DNA of 64,000 nt, taken from the IMG/VR virus record IMGVR_UViG_3300028380_000013, positions 2,008 through 66,007 of that record. One strand, written 5' to 3'. Of the stretch, positions 29,001-37,415 are shown in pieces; within the stretch, counting starts at the first letter, position 1, and every line of letters starts with the position of its first letter. Under the pieces are notes generated by a model that saw nothing but the letters and a program-made list of their open reading frames with translations, did no database searches and had not been told where the DNA came from. Position numbers and translations under genes: made by a program. The stretch is from a virus (taxonomy: Duplodnaviria > Caudoviricetes).

Positions 29001-29124
29001 AGGCATACAAACGTCGGGTATCAACACTATGCCCCTAATTGCAGCACTTCTACGCGGAGTGCAAGAATTCGCAGACGGTGTAGAGCAACGATTGACGAAG
29101 TTAGAAGCTACGGACAGGAGATAA
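26077..29124 (+). CDS. central tail fibre/receptor-binding protein with FN3 domains and C-terminal intramolecular chaperone (peptidase S74-like)
   Basis: FN3 motifs (VYYYKVQAYN); PSGRVLKEDI...LGFIAEEVREHFPEVV...LLRGVQE. Confidence 0.8.
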   Translation: MRQGTLLLRDAIIAQSTPLFETAKSYSVAVVTSVEKDSVGGTIAARVTINGTGEDTVPMRGVSGTEAGDTILISSSTNDPAGPKRYERHIQSANPAPQIETNGSLPDPQFATVPWTSDLITSPGSILANGVVYFNAVEDRWFPEGYTASFKVGAGEWRESGFAPHLGGAQQITLASDFPPDASITVRLRGHYARNANVSVGLDTRVFVTATDNITPGICTGITVDLTIPGAIKITPAGTFDVNHFDHFRYFIATSSGGAGLVTLDGPTGFVWAGAAGNYYVAVAPISHSDVVGTRFPSVAGTYSGPYAITVATPALDTTPPNVWTAPTLSQSTENPPTGGEIHYVTVTLPAYTYPSPNDYDYTLVTFSGTGFAGQERIQYPGTTVTKSVPPVGTISVTLIGVDKLGNPSAASPAATISVVPTGVPAAAPDVTTASGSEAIIVRWTAVARALRFQVWRATSAGGAGAAVIADIDGYLWPDLFSGNGAVGTVYYYKVQAYNIQGSGTISPNWIAGTVGAVDGRNLVALTVTAAALEANLVLASTIRTPNVGYGTIGMYGGLDSMIRAYDNSSVLLMALNGTGMAFYRDGVNPRSYFTGSGIDVYRSTGSSVVSSTFRGDGIRIWNSSGAAARVQLLDSGTYIRNDANTHAIDIFDNGTSGLKFQVTAAAVTGMLLDTTTKLITHALTAAVGWKVIYELNSVVNYFTFQANSTSQLGITPNTTGMTVNFGSAGLLADNLQLQSALGFRTTFANFRHRHASTLGNAAGQQAFFERKEIPVSAGVNVLGFEVTAFRGPNGGASTWWESRIRLQTDIDGFSAAGGYLDLGFRDFNPYWGLGDYTSGVTLYHDRSGVMTGGGIVNVSTVDILTHRNTAVGVLFLGNQSGGYRYLSYDGTYYNLASANLYVNGVLVPSGRVLKEDIADAPKDAGRWRNLRARTFKRKTNQTQDTELGFIAEEVREHFPEVVLDITVGDTHLDQGIQTSGINTMPLIAALLRGVQEFADGVEQRLTKLEATDRR

Positions 29125-29126
29125 CG

Positions 29127-29501
29127 ATGGACGCCGATGCGCTGAACAACGATCTTGATCTGATCAATCTCGATATTCTCGCGCTGCTCGCTCGCGGTAA
29201 GGCGTTGCTCGATGACGCGCTGCCCGCATTCACGGAAGAAAACCGCGCAGCAGGCGCAATAACGTACATGCAAACTTCGCAGCCGACACAGATCAACGAA
29301 GCTACCGGATTACCTATACCAAACCCGTTCCCTGTGACGACGCGAGTTCCGATCAGCGTTGAGCAATTCGCCGCGCTCACGCAACGGTTGACGCTGCTAG
29401 GGCAGCTTACGAAGATGCTTGATGCGGTGCCTAGCGGTGGGAGCAAGTCGTATGCAGACAAGCTGCGTGCGAGTGGGCGCAGATGGCGCGCAATTACGTA
29501 A
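29127..29501 (+). CDS. hypothetical protein
   Basis: AGGAG RBS, 124 aa, follows the fibre gene. Confidence 0.55.
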   Translation: MDADALNNDLDLINLDILALLARGKALLDDALPAFTEENRAAGAITYMQTSQPTQINEATGLPIPNPFPVTTRVPISVEQFAALTQRLTLLGQLTKMLDAVPSGGSKSYADKLRASGRRWRAIT

Positions 29502-29513
29502 TCTGGAGGATGT

Positions 29514-30032
29514 ATGTCAGCTATTGAGAGTGCAGTCGTGAACACTACACCGGACGATGTGATGCTCGCACCACCCGTTCCGGTAAACTCGCTCTGGCCT
29601 GTCTACTTGTCGATCGTGATCGTGTCGATAGCTGTTCTCGCGGCTGTCGTGATCATCTCGGCGCGTGGCAATTCCGAAAGTACGCCGATTATCGTCAGTG
29701 TGATCGGCTTCGGTGCTGCGCTCATGGTGCAACTGTTCAATTCGATCAAGACGCAACAGGTAAGTAATCAGGTACAGGCTATTCACGTAGACGTCAATAG
29801 CCGGATGACGCAGATGGCGAAAACGATCGCGGCGCAGAATCTCGCAGAAGGTAAGACGATCGGGGCGAGCGAGCAGCGAGAGCAAACAGCGCGAGATGTG
29901 CTAGACGTCGCGGCGGCGAAAGCGTTGCTAGAGAAGCAGATGGTGGAATTAGAGGCGCTGAGAGCGAATATCGCGAGTACGCTTTCCTCTCTTCCGGTTT
30001 CTTCACACATCGCAGAGCCAGAGAAAGCGTAG
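29514..30032 (+). CDS. membrane protein (2 TM plus coiled coil)
   Basis: Two hydrophobic segments; GGAGG RBS. Confidence 0.6.
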   Translation: MSAIESAVVNTTPDDVMLAPPVPVNSLWPVYLSIVIVSIAVLAAVVIISARGNSESTPIIVSVIGFGAALMVQLFNSIKTQQVSNQVQAIHVDVNSRMTQMAKTIAAQNLAEGKTIGASEQREQTARDVLDVAAAKALLEKQMVELEALRANIASTLSSLPVSSHIAEPEKA

Positions 30033-30075
30033 GACTTCATGGCAGAGGATACGCTGCACGTAGAAATAAGAGAGT

Positions 30076-30444
30076 ATGACCGATCCAACGGGCGCAGTAG
30101 ATCGTATCGCAGTCGGCGGGACGTATGGACTGATCGCCGCGCTCGTTTTCGGGATAATCTTCTTGTTTATCTCGTTTCAAAAGCGCTACATCGTGCAGGG
30201 CTGGCTTTATGGCGAAGTGCAGAAGCAGCGAGATTCTTGGCAAGAGATAGCGGAGAATCAGGGCGACAAGATCGAACGGCTGACGACGCTGGCAGAGACG
30301 CAGCAGCGGCAGATGGACGATCAGAAGGCGACAATATCGAAGCTCACCGATCGCCTGGAAGTGCAGACGAGACTGACCGAGGCGAACGGAGCGAAGTTGG
30401 ATCGAGCGCTGGTAGCGCTGGAAGCGCGACGGACGACACGATGA
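30076..30444 (+). CDS. membrane protein with coiled coil (lysis cassette)
   Basis: TM GLIAALVFGIIFLFISF, then heptads. Confidence 0.6.
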   Translation: MTDPTGAVDRIAVGGTYGLIAALVFGIIFLFISFQKRYIVQGWLYGEVQKQRDSWQEIAENQGDKIERLTTLAETQQRQMDDQKATISKLTDRLEVQTRLTEANGAKLDRALVALEARRTTR

Positions 30445-30605
30445 GATTTCATCGCTGGCTGTGGCGAATCTTTCGCAATTCGCCACCACATTACGAAGCG
30501 AACAGCGAAGAGCGTTTGCGGCAGGCGTGGATGCGCGATCGGATTCTCGATGCGCGAATAAGCGTGCTAGAGGGAAAAGTGCTGAATGAACACGAGTCTA
30601 AGTAA
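30441..30605 (+). CDS. small basic protein
   Basis: ATGA-coupled to the previous gene (MRFHRWLWRIF...). Confidence 0.45.
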   Translation: MRFHRWLWRIFRNSPPHYEANSEERLRQAWMRDRILDARISVLEGKVLNEHESK

Positions 30606-31053
30606 AGTTCTGGAAGCCTTTTTCGACTTCCTGACCTACCCGCTCTGGCGCACTGTCTCATTCATTGAGGGATTGGTGATCGTCGCATCGTTCGCTGCGT
30701 TGCTTAGCGTGATCATCAATGCTTACGATATCTATCAGGAACGCAAGCGAGCGAAGAAGCGAGGTACGTTGGAATTGACGCTCGCGAGTGGATCGTATCG
30801 TAGAGTCGTCTCTGACGGTTTTCAGATTGTCTCGTACTTTCTTATCGGCGTCGTTTTCGCAATCGCTCCCAACGCTAATTCTACTGCGCCGCGCGCTCGC
30901 GGGCTGGCTGCTACGATGCTGCTGCTGGCAATTCTCACCTCGATGGTGTACAATCAGTTCAACGACTACTTGACACGTCGCGCCGCTAAGCGCGAACTGA
31001 GTGCGCGATATCGCCTGCTCCATTCGAGCGAGATAGGGCGAGTAGACGATTAG
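30586..31053 (+). CDS. multi-pass membrane protein
   Basis: Three to four hydrophobic segments. Confidence 0.6.
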   Translation: MNTSLSKVLEAFFDFLTYPLWRTVSFIEGLVIVASFAALLSVIINAYDIYQERKRAKKRGTLELTLASGSYRRVVSDGFQIVSYFLIGVVFAIAPNANSTAPRARGLAATMLLLAILTSMVYNQFNDYLTRRAAKRELSARYRLLHSSEIGRVDD

Positions 31054-31058
31054 GAGTA

Positions 31059-31304
31059 ATGACGATGGCCGCTCCCGAAAATGACGCTTCGCGAGACACA
31101 CAAACAGTAGCGCCGGAACGTCGATTGACCGCCGACGACTTTGCGCACCATCGCTACGTTGTTACGCAGCAGCAGTACGCCAGCAGCGTGCTCGATTCGT
31201 GGTCAAAGTATCTCATGCAACGCTATCAACTTACGCCGGATCAGGGCATTACCGAGGACGGTCGTATCCTCACGCAAGAGGAAGCGAAAGCGCAGTCGCA
31301 ATGA
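31059..31304 (+). CDS. hypothetical protein
   Basis: AGGAG RBS; coupled to the endolysin. Confidence 0.55.
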   Translation: MTMAAPENDASRDTQTVAPERRLTADDFAHHRYVVTQQQYASSVLDSWSKYLMQRYQLTPDQGITEDGRILTQEEAKAQSQ

Positions 31305-32686
31305 TCACACTCGATACGCCGTGGGTGAGCGAAGCGCCGATCGATCCGGCGATAGCTCGTGCTCGTCTGCGCGGTGGCAAGTATACCGATGTACAAGTGG
31401 AGCAGTTCATTGCGAGCTTGCGACACTGGTGCGCGGTCACGGGGATGGCGGAAGCTGCGTTGTGCGCGCAAGTCTGTCATGAGACGAGCAATTTCCGTTT
31501 CGGCGGGCAAGTCAAGCCGGAACAATTCAACTTCGCCGGTATTGGCTCAACGAATGACGGCGCGGCGGGTCACTCGTTCGCGTCGATCGATGCTGGTGTG
31601 GGCGCGCTGCTCGCGCATCACGGGAACTATCGATACGGAACTTTCGCGAATTGGCCCGAAGAGTGGCGCGGCTTTCGATCGCTCGCCATTCGCAATGTCG
31701 AAGTGAACGCGCTACGCATCGACGGGAAGAAGATCGCCGGGACAGTGCGCAAGATAGGAGACTTCGTAAACGGTGTCTGGGCGTTTACGAAAAGCGTACC
31801 TCTCGGCAGTCTCGCGAACGGCTACGCCGCAGCTATCGTCAAGACTGCGAACGAGCTTTTACAGAAAGGCGAAGCGAGTATGCAGTACACGCAGTTTCCG
31901 TCACCGAACTTCGGATATCCGCGCGGCGATCACGGTCGCAACGGTCACAAGATTCGCGCGATCGTGCTGCACATTAGCGACGGTACGATCGGCTCGATGC
32001 GCGATTGGTTCGCGAACCCGGCTAGTCAAGCGTCATCGAATGTCGGTATGCCGCGCGTTGGGCTTCCGGCTGATCAGTACGTGCAGTTCAGCGACTCTCC
32101 GTGGACTAATGGTGACGTCGATCAGTACGATCGCTCGATCGGCTGGCTTGTCGAAACAGTCGAAGCAGAGATCAACGTCAACGAAGTCACCGAGACGATC
32201 GAGAGCGAAGGGAAGCCGTTCGAGTCGTGGCCGGAAGCACAGTATCAAGGGCTGCTCGCAGTTGTCAAAGAGCGCTTGGCGGCGAACGGCTTGACAGCTT
32301 CGAAGCAGACGGTTATCGGGCATTTTCAGATCAACGGCAGGACGCGCCCGAACTGTCCTGGCCCGAACTTTCCGTGGAGTCGGTTGTATCACGATCTCGC
32401 GGTGACGCCGAACATCGGACCAAAGACGCTCTCGATGATTCTCAGCGACACATACGAGAACAGTCGCGTTGCGCTCGCTGCTGCGGGACTGCCCGATGCG
32501 TTCGGACTCAAACTCTACGAAGCGACGATCGATCTCACGTCGATCGCGCCGACTCTCCCGAAAGTTGCACAAGCGCTCATCTGCGAAAAGTCGGTGATCT
32601 GGGTCGGGAACGCGGGAGCGCCGGATATTTTTCATCGCGGTCAGTACGAAGCGCTCCCGGCCAGTGCGAAAAAGGAGTGGAAATGA
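31301..32686 (+). CDS. endolysin: glucosaminidase-like domain plus amidase_2 domain
   Basis: AQVCHETSNF...NFAGIGSTN (GH73-like); IVLHIS...GHFQI...CPGPNFPW (amidase_2). Confidence 0.85.
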   Translation: MITLDTPWVSEAPIDPAIARARLRGGKYTDVQVEQFIASLRHWCAVTGMAEAALCAQVCHETSNFRFGGQVKPEQFNFAGIGSTNDGAAGHSFASIDAGVGALLAHHGNYRYGTFANWPEEWRGFRSLAIRNVEVNALRIDGKKIAGTVRKIGDFVNGVWAFTKSVPLGSLANGYAAAIVKTANELLQKGEASMQYTQFPSPNFGYPRGDHGRNGHKIRAIVLHISDGTIGSMRDWFANPASQASSNVGMPRVGLPADQYVQFSDSPWTNGDVDQYDRSIGWLVETVEAEINVNEVTETIESEGKPFESWPEAQYQGLLAVVKERLAANGLTASKQTVIGHFQINGRTRPNCPGPNFPWSRLYHDLAVTPNIGPKTLSMILSDTYENSRVALAAAGLPDAFGLKLYEATIDLTSIAPTLPKVAQALICEKSVIWVGNAGAPDIFHRGQYEALPASAKKEWK

Positions 32687-33051
32687 ACGGACTCCCTGCT
32701 GGCGCTGTCGTGTTCAACAACGCAACGCAGACCGGCCCGCCACCGAATGTCAAGTTGCTCGTGCCGTCGATCAATACGTCCATCCCTGTTGTCGTGTACA
32801 CGTTCGTCACGCGACCCGAGACAGGCGGCGGGCTGTATCTGCTGCACTTCTGCACCGCTGACGGCATACAAGCCACGATCAATCTGCTAGAGCGCTTCGG
32901 CATCGAAGATGCTTTCGGTGCTTCGCCGTTTCTCTCAGACTTTTCGGCAACGATCAAGGCGATGGTCAACGCGAAAGTTCCGAATACCGCGAACGGGAAC
33001 GATCGCATGGTGTTCCCCGTAGATAGCGGCATCTCAGCGTTCGAACCATAG
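32683..33051 (+). CDS. hypothetical protein
   Basis: AAGGAG RBS, ATGA coupling to the endolysin. Confidence 0.5.
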   Translation: MNGLPAGAVVFNNATQTGPPPNVKLLVPSINTSIPVVVYTFVTRPETGGGLYLLHFCTADGIQATINLLERFGIEDAFGASPFLSDFSATIKAMVNAKVPNTANGNDRMVFPVDSGISAFEP

Positions 33052-33105
33052 ACTCGTGATGCTCGTCTAGGTGTATCCGTGATCATGAGCGATCGGAGAG
33101 AGTGA

Positions 33106-33405
33106 ATGCAAGCGCAGATGACGAGCGACAAGACCGCGCGAAAGGTGCAAGGCGCGAGCTATGCAGCAGCCGCCGCCAGCGTCGTGATCTACTTTCTGAA
33201 AATCTACGTCATCAAAGACACGCCGCTACCCGAGCCGGTGGAGCTTGCGTTGGGGCTTGTGATATCGGGCATCGTGTCGTGGGGAGCTACGTGGATCGTG
33301 GGGCGACAGACGCGACCGGCAGTAACGGACACGATCGAGATAACGGATTCGAGCGGCACGGTGATCGCGGAACCCGGCCCGGTGCCGCCTAACCCGATTC
33401 AATAA
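33106..33405 (+). CDS. holin
   Basis: KTARKVQGASYAAAAASVVIY...PEPVE; two TM segments; last gene of the late arm. Confidence 0.7.
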   Translation: MQAQMTSDKTARKVQGASYAAAAASVVIYFLKIYVIKDTPLPEPVELALGLVISGIVSWGATWIVGRQTRPAVTDTIEITDSSGTVIAEPGPVPPNPIQ

Positions 33406-33543
33406 ATCTCGCGGTGTCTCTTCGTAAAGCTGATAGCCGACACCTACGTTGTCGGCTATCAGCTTTTGCAATTCTTTTACGGTGCGCTCACTCGCTCGGT
33501 ATAAATCTCCGAACAGAGGTTGCCAGCTAGTACCGTTATTCAT
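33226..33543 (-). CDS. hypothetical protein overlapping the holin antisense
   Basis: ATG embedded in the end of 33536..33814; last 180 nt antisense to the holin. Confidence 0.4.
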   Translation of the reverse strand: MNNGTSWQPLFGDLYRASERTVKELQKLIADNVGVGYQLYEETPRDLLNRVRRHRAGFRDHRAARIRYLDRVRYCRSRLSPHDPRSSPRHDARYHKPQRKLHRLG

Positions 33544-33814
33544 CGCTACCCCGTTCGAGCGCGGCGATCTGCTCAGCAGTCAGCAGCACCTTTTGGCCCG
33601 CGACGATGATATAACCGTCGCCCGCTTCTAAGTAGCCCGTGCCGAAGTTTCCGACGACTAACGTTTTCGCTTTCTTCACCACGTACAGCTTTCCCGTAAG
33701 TTTACGAAAACGGATAGGGCGAGTCGCTGTCGGGCTAGCCGGGGAATTGTCGATGCGCTCTTGCGCTTCATCGGTGATCGCCCACTTGATCCGTATCGCA
33801 GATGTTTCGCTCAT
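33536..33814 (-). CDS. hypothetical protein
   Basis: Tight operon packing, AGGAG RBS. Confidence 0.55.
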   Translation of the reverse strand: MSETSAIRIKWAITDEAQERIDNSPASPTATRPIRFRKLTGKLYVVKKAKTLVVGNFGTGYLEAGDGYIIVAGQKVLLTAEQIAALERGSDE

Positions 33815-33815
33815 C

Positions 33816-34178
33816 TTATGCTCCTACTGTCGTGCTGAATTCGATCACGGTCCCGATCTGCAAGTACGGTGCGAGTCCGTTGTGAAATCGTCCGGTGTTA
33901 CGAGCGCGTTCGATCAGTGCTTCAAACTGTGCGAACTCTTCGATAGTCGGCACGGCGAACGGGATCGAGTGAACATCCATAAGCACGATCGGCGGCGTCT
34001 GAGCTTTAGGATTATTGTGATAGCGGATCGCAAGTTTCGATCCGCCTTGTGTTTCCGTAATATGGAAGTAGACCGAACGCTGATGATCGCGAGTCGGCAT
34101 ATACTCTTGCACTTGGCAGCGCTCTTCGTCCATCGCGACGGTGATCGTCTGTAACAAGTTCGCTATGTCAGTGTTCAT
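33816..34178 (-). CDS. hypothetical protein
   Basis: AAAGGAAG RBS. Confidence 0.55.
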   Translation of the reverse strand: MNTDIANLLQTITVAMDEERCQVQEYMPTRDHQRSVYFHITETQGGSKLAIRYHNNPKAQTPPIVLMDVHSIPFAVPTIEEFAQFEALIERARNTGRFHNGLAPYLQIGTVIEFSTTVGA

Positions 34179-34229
34179 CTATCGCGCTTCCTTTCGTGGT
34201 GAGCCGTCCTATCGTGCGGGCGACACGTT

Positions 34230-34439
34230 CTAATCGTCTTTCCAGCAGCGACACGTACTCGGCGCGGCGTGACACGCTGAGCAGATATTGACGATCATCG
34301 AGACGATTTCCGCGCGCTGTGCTGGCGTCATCCACGGAAACTTGTCCGTTGCTGTTGCCCACAGCGCGGGATACTCTTCGCGAGCTTCGCGGATCGGTAG
34401 CAGTTGATACTTGATCGGCGGCGATAGCTCGTTCGTCAT
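34230..34439 (-). CDS. small Cys-rich protein
   Basis: C-terminal CSACHAAPSTCRCW; AAGGAG RBS. Confidence 0.55.
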   Translation of the reverse strand: MTNELSPPIKYQLLPIREAREEYPALWATATDKFPWMTPAQRAEIVSMIVNICSACHAAPSTCRCWKDD

Positions 34440-34606
34440 TTCGACTCCTTCACATACTTACGAATCGCTTCGGCGCAGACAGGGCACCGCCACAAGCCGC
34501 CTATCCAGAATAGTATGACGTGCTCGCGGCGACATTCTTCGCAGAGATTCAAGAACGCCGGTTCGATCTTCGACATAAGCGCTCCGTCAGTCTCGATAAA
34601 AGGCAT
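34436..34606 (-). CDS. 56-aa zinc-ribbon protein
   Basis: Hand translation MPFIETDG...CEECRR...CPVCAE; ATGA-coupled to the next gene. Confidence 0.5.
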   Translation of the reverse strand: MPFIETDGALMSKIEPAFLNLCEECRREHVILFWIGGLWRCPVCAEAIRKYVKESK

Positions 34607-34614
34607 TATCCCAA

Positions 34615-34905
34615 CTAGGCTTTACTCAGCCACTCGCGCCCACGGATTGATGCGAGTGAGGTTGCGAGGTCGATCGCCTCACGGCACGCACGGCTGTAGG
34701 CACCGTCCTTCCTCCTCGACTCCCAACTCACCGCTTCTCTGCCTTCGTAGATGTCCCAGCCGCCGCCTTCCTCCTCTGTCCACCCCACAAGGTACTCCTG
34801 TCGCGGGAACGGGTAAGGGCCGGTGATGCTTGCGATCAGGACGCGCGTCCCGTCCTTCTCCGGTGCGGGAGGCTTGAAGAAATACATAGCGACATGTGCG
34901 GACAC
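34615..34905 (-). CDS. hypothetical protein with atypical composition
   Basis: AGGAGG RBS; CC/GG-rich DNA unlike its neighbours. Confidence 0.5.
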   Translation of the reverse strand: MSAHVAMYFFKPPAPEKDGTRVLIASITGPYPFPRQEYLVGWTEEEGGGWDIYEGREAVSWESRRKDGAYSRACREAIDLATSLASIRGREWLSKA

Positions 34906-34943
34906 ACGGACCTCCTACTTGGGATAATCGCCGTTATCGCGAT

Positions 34944-35267
34944 TTATGTATTTGTCACCGGCTGTCGATCGATCCACTCAATGAGCGCGACTGCGACCGC
35001 TGCTAGCTGCACCGTCTCTTTCCGCAATCGTGCTAAACTTTCGTCTCGCGTGCGCTGTTCTCTCTCCGCGAACGGTACGATCTCGATCGCTTCTCGCGCT
35101 ACTTCTCCCAACTCTTCCATGAGAATCCCGGCCCAATATACGGGATCGTGATCTTGCTGTCCCCAGCGACGATCTTGCCTCGCGCGCTCATCGAGAATGG
35201 CGAGAACTGCTGCACGCTGCTTGCGACCGTTGACCGCGACTAACGCGATCTGATCTCGCTCGAACAC
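34944..35267 (-). CDS. MazG-like NTP pyrophosphohydrolase
   Basis: ERARQDRRWG...EELGEVARE...KETVQLAAVAVA. Confidence 0.7.
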   Translation of the reverse strand: MFERDQIALVAVNGRKQRAAVLAILDERARQDRRWGQQDHDPVYWAGILMEELGEVAREAIEIVPFAEREQRTRDESLARLRKETVQLAAVAVALIEWIDRQPVTNT

Positions 35268-35269
35268 AG

Positions 35270-35371
35270 CTAATCTCCGTTATTTCGATACAAGTGCAAC
35301 AGATGCATAACCGCCATACCTGTCGCGATACCAAACGCAAACGCCGCCCACGCGATCTGTTCGACAGTCAT
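35270..35371 (-). CDS. 33-aa membrane peptide
   Basis: Hand translation MTVEQIAWAAFAFGIATGMAVMHLLHLYRNNGD; ATGA coupling. Confidence 0.4.
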   Translation of the reverse strand: MTVEQIAWAAFAFGIATGMAVMHLLHLYRNNGD

Positions 35372-35823
35372 CGCACATTCGCCAATCCGTGAAGCTCGGC
35401 CCACGTCGGCTCGATCGGCTCTTGCGTCTCGTTTGCGGGAATTGTTGGCACGAAGCCGTTGACGTTTCCCGCGAGACGTTCGAGATTTATTCGCGTTTTC
35501 TTCGTATATGCCGCCGCAAGCTCTTCGGGACCGACATTGCAGCGATCCATCACGATCGAAGCGAGCGTACCATAGTACGCGGTAACGTCTGCGAACTCAT
35601 CGAGAATGCGCGCGACGTCGGGCGCTTCGCTCTTGCGCCAATACTTCCAACCAAGCTCGTTCGCCAGTTCGTGTATTTCACCCGTCAGCGCGAAGCAGAC
35701 AGTACGCACCGCGTTCTTATTGCTGCTCACCGTCTGCCCGTCGATCAGATTGCGGATCGTTATCTGATCTTTTACGAGCGATGCCAAGCCCGTTGCCCAG
35801 ACTGTCCAACGCATCTCGCTCAT
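35368..35823 (-). CDS. dimeric (all-alpha) dUTPase/dCTPase-like protein
   Basis: GEIHELANELGWKYWRK...DEFAD...YTKKTRINLER. Confidence 0.75.
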   Translation of the reverse strand: MSEMRWTVWATGLASLVKDQITIRNLIDGQTVSSNKNAVRTVCFALTGEIHELANELGWKYWRKSEAPDVARILDEFADVTAYYGTLASIVMDRCNVGPEELAAAYTKKTRINLERLAGNVNGFVPTIPANETQEPIEPTWAELHGLANVR

Positions 35824-35995
35824 ACCTCGCTATCTCTTCACGAATCTTCGCGACAACAGCCGTGCTGATCTCGTCTGTCTCGATCGGAGTGTATGTGCTG
35901 AGCGTGGTAAACGTGCGTACTCCCGCTTCTACCACGCTCAGCACAGCTTCCGCCGAGTCAGCGAATACTTTCGCTTTTTCGTATTCGCTGCTCAT
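35717..35995 (-). CDS. hypothetical protein
   Basis: ORF with RBS; 3' end overlaps the dUTPase-like start. Confidence 0.4.
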   Translation of the reverse strand: MSSEYEKAKVFADSAEAVLSVVEAGVRTFTTLSTYTPIETDEISTAVVAKIREEIARYERDALDSLGNGLGIARKRSDNDPQSDRRADGEQQ

Positions 35996-35996
35996 C

Positions 35997-36389
35997 TTAT
36001 ACCTCGGCTGCGCTGGCGTTCACTTCGACTTGCTTACCGTCGCTGCTGCTGTAACCGAGCGTGACGGTAAGCTCTTCCGGCGATATACCGAGACTTGTCG
36101 CCATGTACACGATGCGATTCGCCACGCGCTGCTCGAACGGGATCGCCCCGTTGTCGATATCGATCACTTTTCCCTCGGGAGCGGGATAGGTGATCGCTTC
36201 ACTCGCTGCGGGCAGCGCTGTTTGCGACTCGGGCCAGAGCGGTTCCAGCTTCTCGAAAACTGTATACTGCTCAACTTGTATCGAGATGATATGCGCAGCT
36301 TGATCAGCGGGTCGGCGGCGCTGATGTTGCGCCATCGTCGCTAGCTGCGCCATCTCATCATCGGTCAGTTGGATCGTTAGACTTTTCAT
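35997..36389 (-). CDS. ribbon-helix-helix DNA-binding protein
   Basis: MKSLTIQLTDDEMAQLATMAQHQRR. Confidence 0.55.
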   Translation of the reverse strand: MKSLTIQLTDDEMAQLATMAQHQRRRPADQAAHIISIQVEQYTVFEKLEPLWPESQTALPAASEAITYPAPEGKVIDIDNGAIPFEQRVANRIVYMATSLGISPEELTVTLGYSSSDGKQVEVNASAAEV

Positions 36390-36840
36390 CGCGCTTGATC
36401 TCCGTCACTCGCCCCGCGTATTCGGGAAGCCAATGTAACAAGTTTGCGATCGACAGATCGGGAGCAGTCAGCAACGCCAATCGCCAATCGACTACCGTCG
36501 CTTCGATGAGCGCGCGATACGCTTCGGTGCGGCGCGGGCTAATCTCGATTATTCGCTGCATGAGCGTTTCGCCGTTGTTTGTCGCGAGCACGTTCTTGAT
36601 CTCTGCGGAGAATTGAACGATAGCATCTTCCCAGACCATGATCGCGTGGATGAAATCTCCGGCGTACTGTCGCAACGCAAGCGCATCTTGCGGGAGCAGA
36701 TCGATCGCGAGATTCATTGGCGCGCACTTCGCAGAGAGTTTGAAACTTTCGCTAATCTCTGCCGGGACTGCGCGCATCGTCGCATCGATAAGCGCGTGTA
36801 ACTGATCGTCGCTCGCGTCGGCGGTTGTTCGCTCGCTCAT
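36358..36840 (-). CDS. hypothetical protein
   Basis: AGGAG RBS, first gene after the promoter at 36887. Confidence 0.55.
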   Translation of the reverse strand: MSERTTADASDDQLHALIDATMRAVPAEISESFKLSAKCAPMNLAIDLLPQDALALRQYAGDFIHAIMVWEDAIVQFSAEIKNVLATNNGETLMQRIIEISPRRTEAYRALIEATVVDWRLALLTAPDLSIANLLHWLPEYAGRVTEIKRDEKSNDPTDR

Positions 36841-36886
36841 CTCGTGCTCTCCTACTAGCGTCTTGCGTCGTCAATTCGACTCTAAC

Positions 36887-36915
36887 AGTATAACACGAGA
36901 TGAGCGAGCAGTCTA
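36887..36915 (-). promoter_or_regulatory. sigma70-like promoter
   Basis: TAGACT-N17-TATACT. Confidence 0.5.
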
Positions 36916-37302
36916 CTATTTGCCGCTCGTGCCTAAGCGCTCAGGCGTACCAAAGACGACGCCACGCGGCGCGCTCTCGGTCGCTGTTGTCTGCTGCGCC
37001 GTGTCGTCTGGAAGCGTTAGTTGCGCCGCACCGAGTAAGAGCGACTGCAACAGCGGGGCGTGTTCGATCTGGAGAATGACCTTGAATCCGGCGCAATGCC
37101 GACGAACAATTTCCAGAACGTGAGGAGTCCACTTCGCGAGAAAAATCCAGGTGCGCTTGTCGCGCAAGTAGATTCGTTCGCGCTCGGGAATTACGGACTT
37201 GATCGCGTTGACGCGCATCCGATCTTCCGGCTCTATGCGCACGCCGACCCAGCCGTCCTTGTAATCGAAGTAACACCAGTGATAATTCTGATAGTCGATC
37301 AT
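36916..37302 (-). CDS. hypothetical protein (HARP-like N-terminal domain)
   Basis: GGAGG RBS; VNAIKSVIPERERIYLRDKRTWIF; start may lie further upstream. Confidence 0.45.
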   Translation of the reverse strand: MIDYQNYHWCYFDYKDGWVGVRIEPEDRMRVNAIKSVIPERERIYLRDKRTWIFLAKWTPHVLEIVRRHCAGFKVILQIEHAPLLQSLLLGAAQLTLPDDTAQQTTATESAPRGVVFGTPERLGTSGK

Positions 37303-37415
37303 CTGAGCTTCCTCCGTTCGTAGTCGCTCGCGTTCGCAAGCTTCGATCGGGAACTCATCTCGTGTGAAGCGTTCGCAACATTTTACATTTCGCACCTCCC
37401 ACACCGTGCTCGCGA

